A stretch of DNA of 64,000 nucleotides from Thermoproteota archaeon (lineage in GTDB: Archaea; Korarchaeota; Korarchaeia; Korarchaeales; Korarchaeaceae), in NCBI GenBank assembly GCA_027492205.1, contig JAOZFN010000007.1, positions 155,278 to 219,277 of the forward strand. Direction: 5' to 3'. The notes below the pieces were generated by a model. The model was not told the DNA's origin. It saw only the letters and a program-made list of their open reading frames with translations, and made no database searches. Of the stretch, positions 1-9,136 are shown piece by piece. The position numbers were made by a program, and so were the translations under genes. The first letter of the stretch is position 1; each line of letters begins with the position of its first letter.

Positions 1-1
1 A

Positions 2-844
2 GTCGAGAGGTACCCCAAGATCGTGGGAGGGGTCGGCCCGGAGAGCGCCCGGGTCGCCGCTGCCCTCTACCGAGAGGTGGCGAAGGGGGGCGTGATGGTC
101 CTGTCCAGCGACGTCGCGGCGGAGTTTGAGAAGCTCGCGGAGGGGGCCTACAGAGACGTCAACATAGCTCTAGCCAACCAGCTGGCGATCCTAGCCGCCA
201 GGCTGGGGGTTGAGTTCGAGGAGATCAGAGAGGCGGCAAACAGCCAGCCGTTCTGTCATCTCCACCGTCCTGGAACGGGCGTCGGGGGGCCCTGCATTCC
301 CATCTACCCCCACTTCCTCCTCGAGGTGGCGCGTGACGTCGGAGCCGACCTCGAACTCGTAGAGCTAGCCAGGAAGATCAACTCTGAGATGCCGAGACGC
401 GTTGCCCACCTCGCCCTGGAAGGGACCGAGCGGGCCGGGTTGAACCCGAACTCCGCCAGCGTGTGCGTCCTAGGACTCGCCTTCAGGGGAGGGGTGGCAG
501 ACACCCGCCTCAGCCCGACCTACGATCTCGTGGGGGAACTCCTAAGGTTGGGGTTCCGCAGCGTGAGGGTGCACGATCCCAGAGTCCGAGCTGGGGGGGG
601 CCTGCCCCGGGGGGTCAGGTTCCTCTCCGACCTTCGCGCCGCGCTCCAAGGGTGTCAGGTGGTCGTGCTCTCGACCGACCACCCCGAGTATGTCGGGATG
701 AGCCCAGCAAGACTCCGCGAGCTATCTCAGGGGACCCTGCTAGTGGTGGTGGATGGGAGGGATTGCCTGGACGCCAGGCACGTGCCGGAGGGCATGATAT
801 ACCTGGCTGTCGGGAGGCCGATCAGGGTTGGGGGATCCGGCTGA
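2..844 (+). CDS. Nucleotide-sugar dehydrogenase (UDP-ManNAc/UDP-GlcNAc dehydrogenase family), 5'-truncated by window edge
   Basis: PKIVGG, AEFEKLAEGAYRDVNIALANQL, GVGGPCI (catalytic Cys), GLAFRGGVADTRLSP, TDHPEY. Frame is open back to the window start. Confidence 0.9.
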   Translation, partial: VERYPKIVGGVGPESARVAAALYREVAKGGVMVLSSDVAAEFEKLAEGAYRDVNIALANQLAILAARLGVEFEEIREAANSQPFCHLHRPGTGVGGPCIPIYPHFLLEVARDVGADLELVELARKINSEMPRRVAHLALEGTERAGLNPNSASVCVLGLAFRGGVADTRLSPTYDLVGELLRLGFRSVRVHDPRVRAGGGLPRGVRFLSDLRAALQGCQVVVLSTDHPEYVGMSPARLRELSQGTLLVVVDGRDCLDARHVPEGMIYLAVGRPIRVGGSG

Positions 845-1673
845 CATCCTGAGGAGGCCGGATCGGCCACCCGACAGGGAATCTTTTCTTCGGCTGCTCG
901 AGGATACCGAGGAGGAGTTCTCGGGGATCCGCCACCTGCTGGAGGTTGAGGACCCTGAGTGGCCCGTGCTCTTCGTGGGGGACACCCACGGGGACCTCGA
1001 GTCGGCCGTCAGGGCCAAGGAGCTGGCGGATGAGAGAGGGGCCAGCGTCGTCTTGTTGGGCGACTACGTCGACAGGGGGCCGAACCAAGTCGAGACCCTG
1101 TCCTTTGTGCTTGCTTGGAGGCTCGTCGAACCGGAGAGGGTGGTGATCCTGCGGGGGAACCACGAGAGCCCCCTCACCAACCCGTACTACGGCTTCCTAA
1201 GGGCTGTGGTTGGTCTATATGATAAGCAGGTGTACGACCAGGCCACGCGAACGTTCGCACAGCTCCCCTACGCCGCCAGGATAGGAGGTGAGGTGCTCGC
1301 TATTCACGGGGGGCTTTCAAGAGGGATCAGCGGTGTGGAGGAGATAGCTGGCCTGCCCAAGGGGGATTTGAACCCCGATCACCCGGTCGCCATGCAGCTG
1401 CTGTGGAACGATCCAGACGAGTCCATTGAAGACTTCGCCCCCAGCGTGCGTGGCCCCGGAGTTTTCAGGTTCGGGAGGAGGGCCTTCCGCGACTTTATGG
1501 ATAACTCAAGGCTAAGGTTACTGGTGAGGGCCCACGAGTTCTTTCCGGAGGGGGTGCGAACGTTCTTCGGGGGGAGGCTCCTCAGCGTCTTCAGCTGTAG
1601 GTTCTACGGCGGAACTCCTGCGGCCGTCCTAATGGACGAGGGGCTCAGCTGGAGGATGGTCCCCCTCTCATGA
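828..1673 (+). CDS. PPP-family serine/threonine protein phosphatase
   Basis: Intact GDTHG, GDYVDRG, LRGNHE, HGGL, LLWNDP, RAHE and SVFS motifs. Confidence 0.92.
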   Translation: MGDPADILRRPDRPPDRESFLRLLEDTEEEFSGIRHLLEVEDPEWPVLFVGDTHGDLESAVRAKELADERGASVVLLGDYVDRGPNQVETLSFVLAWRLVEPERVVILRGNHESPLTNPYYGFLRAVVGLYDKQVYDQATRTFAQLPYAARIGGEVLAIHGGLSRGISGVEEIAGLPKGDLNPDHPVAMQLLWNDPDESIEDFAPSVRGPGVFRFGRRAFRDFMDNSRLRLLVRAHEFFPEGVRTFFGGRLLSVFSCRFYGGTPAAVLMDEGLSWRMVPLS

Positions 1674-1686
1674 GGCTCCGGCGGTT

Positions 1687-2379
1687 TCAGTACCACTCCA
1701 CGTAGTAGTCCCAAAACACCCTCCCGGGCGCCTCCCGCCTCCTCCTAGCGGCCTCCCTTAGTGGCGAGCCCAGGACCAGCCCCGTGATGAAGCCCCCTAC
1801 GTGAGCCCACCAGGCCACCCCGGAGATGCCGAGAGCCCCCATGATGAGCTGGTACACGAACCAGAAGCCGATGTAGTAATAGGCGGGTACCCGGACAACC
1901 TGCCAGAAGAAGCCGTAGGTGACCACGGTCTGGATTCTGGCGTGGGGGTAGAAGATCCAGTAAGCGCCGAGGACCCCGCTTATCGCCCCCGAAGCCCCCA
2001 CCGCGGGGATGTACGCCGCGGGTGGCGTGAGGCTGGCCAGCACGTGGAGTCCCGTTGCACCGACGCCCGAGGCTAGGTAGAACGCAAGGTACTTGGCCTT
2101 CCCGAATGCCGCCTCCACGTTGTCCCCGAAGATGTACAGGTAGACCATGTTGCCTATCAGGTGGGACCAGCCGCCGTGCAGGAACATGGACGTGAATATC
2201 CGGTACGCGTTTCCCAGCGGGTCGGCCAGGAACGCGGCGGGGATGAAGCCGAAGTCGTACACGGCACGCTCCAGGCCGTACGCCAGCTCCCAGAGGAAGA
2301 CCACCGTGTTGACGATGATGAGGGCGTAGGTGACGGCTGGCCTCACCCCGCTTGGGTTCTCATCTCTGATGGGGAACAT
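1687..2379 (-). CDS. Rhomboid intramembrane serine protease
   Basis: FLHGGWSHLIGNM, GASGA (catalytic Ser), AHVGG (catalytic His); SD GAGGTGA upstream. Confidence 0.93.
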   Translation of the reverse strand: MFPIRDENPSGVRPAVTYALIIVNTVVFLWELAYGLERAVYDFGFIPAAFLADPLGNAYRIFTSMFLHGGWSHLIGNMVYLYIFGDNVEAAFGKAKYLAFYLASGVGATGLHVLASLTPPAAYIPAVGASGAISGVLGAYWIFYPHARIQTVVTYGFFWQVVRVPAYYYIGFWFVYQLIMGALGISGVAWWAHVGGFITGLVLGSPLREAARRRREAPGRVFWDYYVEWY

Positions 2380-2393
2380 GGGACATCACCTCG

Positions 2394-2452
2394 GGCTCAG
2401 CCGACCCTCTTCCGGGGCACTGGACCCCTCTTGCCGAATAGTCATCATCGCC
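2394..2452 (-). ncRNA. Box C/D guide-type sRNA (candidate)
   Basis: Minus strand reads GGCG-ATGATGA (C box)-CTATTCGGC-AAGA (D')-GGGG..CCCC hairpin-GGAAGA (C')-GGGTCGG-CTGA (D box)-GCC. Terminal GGC/GCC stem; TATA-like TAAATAT about 22 nt upstream. Confidence 0.72.
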
Positions 2453-2478
2453 TAAGACCTCACTCCCGGTGCCAATAT

Positions 2479-2967
2479 TTAGGACTTGAGGACCCTCCCC
2501 CGGCGATCTATCTCGCCGGCCCTGATTCTGGTGGAGCTCAGCCTTCCCCCGTCCTCTGCGGGGACGAGGGGACACGCCACAATGTATAGGGGCCGAAGTC
2601 CTCTCTTTCTGCGGGCCTCGTTGACCAGCAGCGCCCCCGGAATGGTCTCCTCTGAGACCACCAAGGCGTCCGCCCTGCTGTCCTCTCCAGCCGGTCCGAC
2701 CGGGTCCGTTATGCGTACGACCTCTTGATCGACGCCGAGACTCCTCAGGAAGTCCTCAACAGCCCTCTTCCTGACATCAAAGGGTTCTATCATATCCCTG
2801 TACTTTTTCGACCTGAGGAGAGGTCCGTCGGCGAGGCCCACAAACACCTCTCGGCCTATGGAGGCCGCCAGCCTCAGCAGGGACTCGTGCCCGGCGTGAA
2901 GCCTGTCGAACGTACCCGCCACGATCACCCTTCCAAAAGGCTTTCCGCACGACCCGCGATCTCCCAA
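2479..2967 (-). CDS. coaD: Archaeal phosphopantetheine adenylyltransferase
   Basis: GTFDRLHAGH (HxGH), DPVGPA, LVVSEET, LSSTRIRAGEID. Confidence 0.9.
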   Translation of the reverse strand: MGDRGSCGKPFGRVIVAGTFDRLHAGHESLLRLAASIGREVFVGLADGPLLRSKKYRDMIEPFDVRKRAVEDFLRSLGVDQEVVRITDPVGPAGEDSRADALVVSEETIPGALLVNEARRKRGLRPLYIVACPLVPAEDGGRLSSTRIRAGEIDRRGRVLKS

Positions 2968-3611
2968 ACAGACACCACCTCTATATCCGGCGCCGCGGTC
3001 GAGTCCTTTGATGCGCTCTTGCCCCTCCTGACCCTGACCGTCTTCATGCCGAGCTCTCTGGCGGAGTCAACCCCCTCAGGCCTCGCAGTCACGTAGATGC
3101 AGTTAGCAGGGTTTACTCCCAGCTCTTCGAGGGCAGACCTGTGTCTCTCGGGGTCTGGCTGACCTACCCACGCTCTCTCGAAGAGGTGGTGTAGGCCCAA
3201 CCTGATAACCTTCTCCCACTCCTTCACGGGGCTCCCGGGCGAAGACAGACCGAGGCCGTAGCCGCGATCTCGAAGCGTGAGGAGAGTCTTGAAGACCCTG
3301 GGGAGCGGCCTCAAGAAGGCGCGCTTGGTGTCGTGATAGGCTATTACGCCGGCAGCTATGACCCTCGGGTCCACCCTCAGGCCGAGCGCCGATATGGCGT
3401 CGTCGAAGTGCCTCGTGTAATCCTCTCCCATCTCCTCGACCACCTCGTTCACCTTCCTCAGCAGGACCTCAAAGTCCGCGGGGAGTCCGGCCTCAATCAT
3501 AGCAACAACCGCGTTCTCTCGGGCCATCCTCTTCAGCAAGGTTGCGTCATACAAGACGTCGTCCACATCGAACAACCACCAGACTCGAGCTCTCCCCGAA
3601 CCGGAGCTCAT
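2925..3611 (-). CDS. HAD-superfamily hydrolase-like protein (MJ1437/TIGR02253-like), motifs III/IV degenerate
   Basis: FDVDDVLYD (motif I), ARENAVVAMIEAGL, IAAGVIAYH, KEWEKVIRLGL. The usual KP and GD..D motifs are replaced. Confidence 0.8.
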   Translation of the reverse strand: MSSGSGRARVWWLFDVDDVLYDATLLKRMARENAVVAMIEAGLPADFEVLLRKVNEVVEEMGEDYTRHFDDAISALGLRVDPRVIAAGVIAYHDTKRAFLRPLPRVFKTLLTLRDRGYGLGLSSPGSPVKEWEKVIRLGLHHLFERAWVGQPDPERHRSALEELGVNPANCIYVTARPEGVDSARELGMKTVRVRRGKSASKDSTAAPDIEVVSVWEIAGRAESLLEG

Positions 3612-4610
3612 TCACACCACCCTCACGGACGCATCCGGGTCTATACCCAGGCTGAGCGTGACCTTCAGGGCGAGGAGTAGCAGCGCCGGAGCGTAGACCA
3701 GCGGGGCTATCTCCCCCGGCGGATTGACCCCCAGCGGTACGTGGGGACCAGCGGGGCCTACGCCGATCACTGTGGCGCCGTACCTCTCCGCAGCCATTTT
3801 GACCTCTGGGCTTCTCTCAGGTTCTAAAACCAGCACCGGCGTGCCAGCCGAGAGGAGTCGGTGCTTCGTGGCCAAGAACTCTCCCGGCGATGCGACGTCG
3901 CACATTATACCCGACATCAGCGTCAGCCGGTAAGAGAACTCCTGAGCCGCAGGCTTCATGCCGTTGGTGGAGACCACGAAGAGAAGCCGAGAGCGTGCGA
4001 TCAGCTCAGCCGCCTCATCGGCTACGGATTCAGCTCTCCCGAGAGCCTCGGCGGCCTGTTCGGGCGCCGCCTCCAAGAGGGACCGGAGGGAGTGAGCCCT
4101 GGCAGGCATACCCGCCAGCCTCGCAACCTCCGCCGCCAGGAGCAGGCCCGCCACCGACATGGGTGAGAAGAGGCCCATTCTCCCGGGTCCTCTCGTGAAC
4201 ACGAGGCTGTAATCTGATGCCCTGTGCAGGGTGCTCCCCGGGCTGCCCAGTACGGAGATCACAGGGGCGGTCGGATCCCTCTTCCTTAGTTCTCTGATGG
4301 CCAGCAGCGCCTCTCGCTCCTCCCCTGTCTCAGAGAAAATCACCGCGGCGGGCCTCTTGGGCTTCTCCGCAAGCCAGTTCGGGAAGTCCTCAGCGTCCAT
4401 CTCAATGGCCCCCGGACCGCCCACCTTGCCGAGGATTCTGCCGAGGAGGGAGGCGGGGTGCAGGGTGGGGCCCACTCCGATCGAGTAGACGAACTCCCTC
4501 GCGGCGAGAGCCTCGGCGGCGTACCTGGCCGGGACTGAGAGTAAGGAGAGGGCCCTCCTCATGAGGGCAGGCTGCTCGAGTATCTCACCCCTCGTCTCCT
4601 CGCCCCGCAA
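3612..4610 (-). CDS. Double-SIS-domain protein (GlmS isomerase/AgaS-like), degenerate
   Basis: EILEQP N-terminus, IFSETGEE, AAQEFSYRL, PGEFL, LGIDPD C-terminus. Confidence 0.75.
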   Translation of the reverse strand: MRGEETRGEILEQPALMRRALSLLSVPARYAAEALAAREFVYSIGVGPTLHPASLLGRILGKVGGPGAIEMDAEDFPNWLAEKPKRPAAVIFSETGEEREALLAIRELRKRDPTAPVISVLGSPGSTLHRASDYSLVFTRGPGRMGLFSPMSVAGLLLAAEVARLAGMPARAHSLRSLLEAAPEQAAEALGRAESVADEAAELIARSRLLFVVSTNGMKPAAQEFSYRLTLMSGIMCDVASPGEFLATKHRLLSAGTPVLVLEPERSPEVKMAAERYGATVIGVGPAGPHVPLGVNPPGEIAPLVYAPALLLLALKVTLSLGIDPDASVRVV

Positions 4611-4717
4611 ATCGTCTCGAGGTGGCCCCCAGGGGCCTCCAAATTAAGTCCTCCCGATTCGAGTCGGTCCACAACCGTTAAGGGAGACCCACGAACCGGG
4701 CGAAGGGGTGACTCGAG

Positions 4718-5794
4718 CTGCTCGCGGACAGGGTCGAATTCTTCAAGAGGCTAAGTGAGGCGTTTGGGCCTTCTGGCTTTGAGGTAGAAGTAGCGAGACT
4801 CGTTAGAGAAGAATACGGGCAGTACGCCGACCAAATCCTCTACGACGGCTTGGGCTCCATCATACTTAGGAAGGGGGGCGGCGTCGAGGACGGACCTCGC
4901 GTCCTCCTCGCGGGACACATGGACGAGGTCGGGTTCATCGTGAAGGGCATCACCGAGGGGGGCTACCTGGCCTTCCAGACCCTCGGAGGCTGGGTGACCA
5001 CGACCCTTCCCGCCCACAGGGTGGTGGTAAGGTCCAAGAAGGGCGATCACGTCGGTGTTCTCGTCTCGAAGCCCCCTCACCTCCTCCCACCAGAGGAGAG
5101 GAAGAAGGCGCCTGACGTGAAGGACCTCTACATCGACGTGGGGGCAACTAGCAGGGACGAGGTCAAGGAGATGGGCATCAGGATCGGCGATCCGGTCGCC
5201 CCGCTCGCCGACTTCAGGACCCTCAGGGGAGGGGAGGTCTGGCTCGGGAAGGCGTTCGACGACAGGATCGGCGTGTTCATGGCGATGGAGGTCCTCAGGC
5301 AGCTTGGATCAGACCACCCCAACGTCGTCTACGCGGCCGGGACGGTACAGGAGGAGGTGGGCCTTCGGGGCGCTGAGACAACCGCCGACGTCGTGAACCC
5401 TGACGTGGCCATCGTCTGTGAGGTGGACATAGCCGGAGACGTCCCGGGGGTGACGGAGCGTGAGGCGCCGGCCAAGATGGGGAAGGGGGCCTCGATAATA
5501 ACCTGGGACAGGACCATGATACCCAATCAGGCCCTCAAGGAGCTGGCCATCTCGGTGGCGGAGGAGCTGGGCATACCCTACCAGCTGTCGGCGGTCTCCG
5601 GAGGGACGGACGGGCACAGGATCCACCTGCACTACCGAGGGGTTCCCACAATCGTGATATCCGTCCCGACGAGGCACATTCACTCCCACAGCTCCATGCT
5701 CATGCCCAAGGACGTCGACGCGGCCATAAGGCTGATCTCGGAGGTCGTCAAGAGGTTGGACCGGGAGACGGTCGAGTCGCTGACCCGCATCTGA
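4718..5794 (+). CDS. M42 family (TET) aminopeptidase, probable CTG start
   Basis: GPSGFE, GHMDEVG, KAFDDRIG, QEEVGLRGA, GGTDG, RHIHS. The conserved N-terminus lies upstream of the ORF-track start at 4850; SD GGGGTGA, 6 nt, then CTG at 4718. Confidence 0.92.
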   Translation: MLADRVEFFKRLSEAFGPSGFEVEVARLVREEYGQYADQILYDGLGSIILRKGGGVEDGPRVLLAGHMDEVGFIVKGITEGGYLAFQTLGGWVTTTLPAHRVVVRSKKGDHVGVLVSKPPHLLPPEERKKAPDVKDLYIDVGATSRDEVKEMGIRIGDPVAPLADFRTLRGGEVWLGKAFDDRIGVFMAMEVLRQLGSDHPNVVYAAGTVQEEVGLRGAETTADVVNPDVAIVCEVDIAGDVPGVTEREAPAKMGKGASIITWDRTMIPNQALKELAISVAEELGIPYQLSAVSGGTDGHRIHLHYRGVPTIVISVPTRHIHSHSSMLMPKDVDAAIRLISEVVKRLDRETVESLTRI

Positions 5795-5868
5795 CCCAGG
5801 GTCCGCCACCGGGTCCCGCCCCCATTTTATTATCCCCGCCGAGTTCCAACCCCCGAGGGCTCTCCCCC

Positions 5869-7056
5869 GTGGTGAGGGCGATCAGGCAGAGGACGGTCAG
5901 GGACATCCTGCTCGAGATGAAGGATCGATCCGAACTCGCCGTGAGCCTGGCGTACGCGGCCCTGATGTACAACGACGACGAGATCGCGGATGAGGTGCTG
6001 GAGCTGGAGAACGAGCTGGACGACCTCAGGTACGAACTCTCCGTCAGGACGATAGTGGCCGGCAGGTCGCTGGAGGAGGCAGAAGAGCTCGCCGCCATAC
6101 TCGAGGTCGGGGCTGCGGCAGACGAGATCAGCGACGCAGTGGCCGACCTCGCCAAGATCATTCTGAGGGGTTACCCGCTCCACGAGTCAATCTCGGCCGC
6201 GTTCATGGAGTCGGAGGAGATCATCGGCCTGGTGAGGCTCGGCGAGGGCGCCCCGCTGGCGGGCATGAGGGTGTCCGAGCTGTACGAGCCGGAGAAGCTG
6301 GCGGGGTGCGACATCCTCGCCGTGAAGCGGGCTGGCAGGTGGCTGTTCGACTACCCAGACGACCTGGTCCTGCAGGAGGGTGACATGCTCCTCTTGGAGG
6401 GGACCAGAGAGGGGGTGGAGGCCGTGAGATCCCTCCTAGGCCTGCCGATCAGGTCCCGCCCCGAGAGGGTTGAGGTCAGCCAGGGGTCCAGGGAGCTGGC
6501 CCACTCTCTCCAGGTGCTCAGGGCTCACTCCGAGCTGATGGTGTACCTGGCCTACGCGTCCATGCTCATGAACAGCCAGGCCATAGCCCTCGAGGTCTCG
6601 AGGCTGGAGGACGAGATCGATGAGCTCCACGAGGAGTTCGAGGTGAAGGTCCTAAAGGGACTGGCGGGGAAGGCAGACCCCCGGGCCGTGGTCGGGCTCC
6701 TTAGGGCCGGTTCTGCGGCAGAGAGGATAGGAGACGCCGCGCATCGTATGGCCAGCGTCGTCGAGAGGGGAGTCGCTATTCACGAGGTCCTCGCCGCAGT
6801 GGTGGAGGAGAGCGAGGAGTCCATCGCCTGGGTGCGCGTGGGAGAGGACTCCCCTGCAGACGGGAGGGAAATTGGCGAGCTGGAGTTGGAGGAGTCCACC
6901 GGAATGGAGATCCTCGCCGTGAGACGCGGGCTGAGGTGGGTCTTCGAGCCAAAGGACTCGTTTAGAATCAGAAGCGGGGACATCGTGATACTGCTCGGCC
7001 CTCCCGACGGTCTGGAGGCCGCCCTCAAGGTGCTGGGGGCTGAGGAGATTGAGTGA
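5869..7056 (+). CDS. Tandem (PhoU-like + TrkA-C) x2 protein, COG3273-like ion-transport regulator
   Basis: Repeated halves: SELAVSLAYAALM / SELMVYLAYASML and DILAVKR..W..P / EILAVRR..W..P. Confidence 0.8.
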   Translation: MVRAIRQRTVRDILLEMKDRSELAVSLAYAALMYNDDEIADEVLELENELDDLRYELSVRTIVAGRSLEEAEELAAILEVGAAADEISDAVADLAKIILRGYPLHESISAAFMESEEIIGLVRLGEGAPLAGMRVSELYEPEKLAGCDILAVKRAGRWLFDYPDDLVLQEGDMLLLEGTREGVEAVRSLLGLPIRSRPERVEVSQGSRELAHSLQVLRAHSELMVYLAYASMLMNSQAIALEVSRLEDEIDELHEEFEVKVLKGLAGKADPRAVVGLLRAGSAAERIGDAAHRMASVVERGVAIHEVLAAVVEESEESIAWVRVGEDSPADGREIGELELEESTGMEILAVRRGLRWVFEPKDSFRIRSGDIVILLGPPDGLEAALKVLGAEEIE

Positions 7057-8515
7057 AAGTGAAAGGGACGAGCTGAGACTCACAGCGCCCCTGAGTTGGC
7101 TGGACGGCGTGGACCCGGGGACGGGGGTGATAACCCAGCCCGGGCACCCTCAGGCCGGCCTAAGCGTCGCGGGGAAGCGCGTCGTCATGCCCCACTCGGT
7201 CGGATCCACCGTGGGGGCGTACGGCCTGTTTAAGCTTGCCAGGCACGGGGTCGCCCCGCGCGAGATAGTTCTGGAACACCCTGACAGCGTCACCATAAGC
7301 GCGGAGCTCGCCGGCATCCCCGTCAGGGTGTTGGGGGCCGTTGAGGCCCCGCGCCCAGAGGCCCCGGAGGGCGTCCCCGAGGAGTTTGTCAGGTTCCTCC
7401 AGAAGGAGGCCTCCCTCGCCGGAGCTCACTCCTACATCCCGGTGAGGTCCGTCCACCTCTCCGGGATATCCTATGCCACGATAGGAGACGCGGGGCTCGA
7501 GTTCCTAGAGGGCCTCGTAGAGAGGGGGGTCCGCTTCCGCACGCTCGTCACCACGAACCCGGCGGGGATGGACGTATCTCGCTGGCGAGAGATGGGGGTG
7601 CCGGAGAGTTTCGCCGAGAAGCAGATCCGGATCGTGAAGTCGCTGATCGAGATGGGGGCGGCGCCCACGCTGACCTGCACCCCCTACCTGGCGGGAAACC
7701 TCCCCAGGTCCGGCGAGCACGTTTGCTGGGCGGAGTCCAGCGCCGTCGCGTTCGCGAACAGCGTCTTAGGCGCCAGAACAAACAGGGAGGGCTCGGTCAA
7801 GGCCATCGCAGCCGCTATCCTCGGGCTGACGCCAGCCTACGGGATGCATCTGGATGAGAACCGGGCCCCCGGCGTGATCGTGGAGACCGACGGATCCCTC
7901 TCCGGGACGACGGACTTCTCCGCGGCGGGCTACTTCGTGGGGGAGAGAGTCCCTAGGGGGGTCCCCCTCTATCGCGGCATTAGAGAGGCGTCCGTCGACG
8001 AACTCAAGGCAATGGGGGCGGGGGGAGCGGCTTCCGGGAGCATAGAGCTCTTCCACGTTGAGGGAATAACCCCCAACCCGGTCGGTTCCCCTCAAGAGGG
8101 GGCGAAGGTCCTGAGACTTGGGAGGAGAGACGTTGACGAGACGATCGAGCGACTGAGCACGACCGGCTCAACTCCAGACCTCGTCGCGCTCGGCTGCCCG
8201 CACCTCTCCCTGAGCGAACTAAGGGAGATTCACGGGCTCCTGAGGGGGAGGAGGGTCAGCGTACCCTTCTGGCTGTTCACCGCCAGGGCGACGCTGAGCC
8301 AACTTTCAGAGGGCGTGCTCAGGGACATGGAGGGGAGCGGGGCAAGGGTCTACGCCGACACGTGCATGGTGGTGGCCCCGCTGAGAGCCATGGGTTATCG
8401 CGTAATCGCGACGAACTCTGCCAAGGCCGCCAAGTACCTCAGGACCCTCGGCGGGCTTGACGTGATCCTGCTCCCCACGCGCGAACTCGTCGAGAGGTTC
8501 TCCAGGCCAGCCTAG
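7049..8515 (+). CDS. Fused aconitase X (swiveling small subunit + catalytic large subunit), putative phosphomevalonate dehydratase
   Basis: N-terminal GVDPGTG..HP..G.S..GK...P...GSTVG (DUF126); C-terminal TCTPY, WAESSA, GCPH, DTCMVV, TNSAKAA.Y (DUF521). Confidence 0.85.
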   Translation: MSESERDELRLTAPLSWLDGVDPGTGVITQPGHPQAGLSVAGKRVVMPHSVGSTVGAYGLFKLARHGVAPREIVLEHPDSVTISAELAGIPVRVLGAVEAPRPEAPEGVPEEFVRFLQKEASLAGAHSYIPVRSVHLSGISYATIGDAGLEFLEGLVERGVRFRTLVTTNPAGMDVSRWREMGVPESFAEKQIRIVKSLIEMGAAPTLTCTPYLAGNLPRSGEHVCWAESSAVAFANSVLGARTNREGSVKAIAAAILGLTPAYGMHLDENRAPGVIVETDGSLSGTTDFSAAGYFVGERVPRGVPLYRGIREASVDELKAMGAGGAASGSIELFHVEGITPNPVGSPQEGAKVLRLGRRDVDETIERLSTTGSTPDLVALGCPHLSLSELREIHGLLRGRRVSVPFWLFTARATLSQLSEGVLRDMEGSGARVYADTCMVVAPLRAMGYRVIATNSAKAAKYLRTLGGLDVILLPTRELVERFSRPA

Positions 8516-8527
8516 CGGTGCCCCCCC

Positions 8528-9136
8528 ATGATAGACCGCGAGAGGGCGGAGGCGGCGATAGTCGCGCTGCTGGTGGAGGATGTCGACCTGCTCGACCCGG
8601 AGGTCAGAGAGTACTTGATCGAGTCGGGAGCCCTCGTTAACGGTAAGATCAGGCCGGTCAGGGCCGCCGTCTCGCTCGTGCTGGCTGGGGTCCCGCCGGA
8701 GAAGGCAGCGGCCCTCGTGGACTGGAGGGGGTTCGAGTCACTCGTACAAGAGTACCTAGAGGAGTTCGGCTATAGGATCGTCGCCAAGAGGTTCAGGTTC
8801 GCCCACTTGGGGAGAAGGTGGGAGATCGACCTCTTGGGCGTGGGGCCGCTGGCTGCGCTGGCGGTGGAGTGCAAGCTGTGGACAAACAGGAGGGCAATTC
8901 GATCCAGGATCGCCGCCGAGGTCAGGACGCACCTTGAGAGAGTAAAGGCGTTCGTGGAGTCGAATTCGGCGGTGAAGCTTGGTATGAGGGGCAGGGTGAT
9001 CCCGCTGGTGGTCGGGTGGTTTCCAGAAACGGGGGAGTTGGTGGATAGGGTACCCTACGTCCCACTCTTCAAGCTCAACTCATTCTTGATGGAACTCGAT
9101 CCCCTCGACGGCGACCTCGCCGGATTCGATCTCTGA
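8528..9136 (+). CDS. PD-(D/E)xK restriction-endonuclease-like protein
   Basis: WRGFESLVQEYLEEFGY, EIDLL, VECKLW. Confidence 0.75.
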   Translation: MIDRERAEAAIVALLVEDVDLLDPEVREYLIESGALVNGKIRPVRAAVSLVLAGVPPEKAAALVDWRGFESLVQEYLEEFGYRIVAKRFRFAHLGRRWEIDLLGVGPLAALAVECKLWTNRRAIRSRIAAEVRTHLERVKAFVESNSAVKLGMRGRVIPLVVGWFPETGELVDRVPYVPLFKLNSFLMELDPLDGDLAGFDL

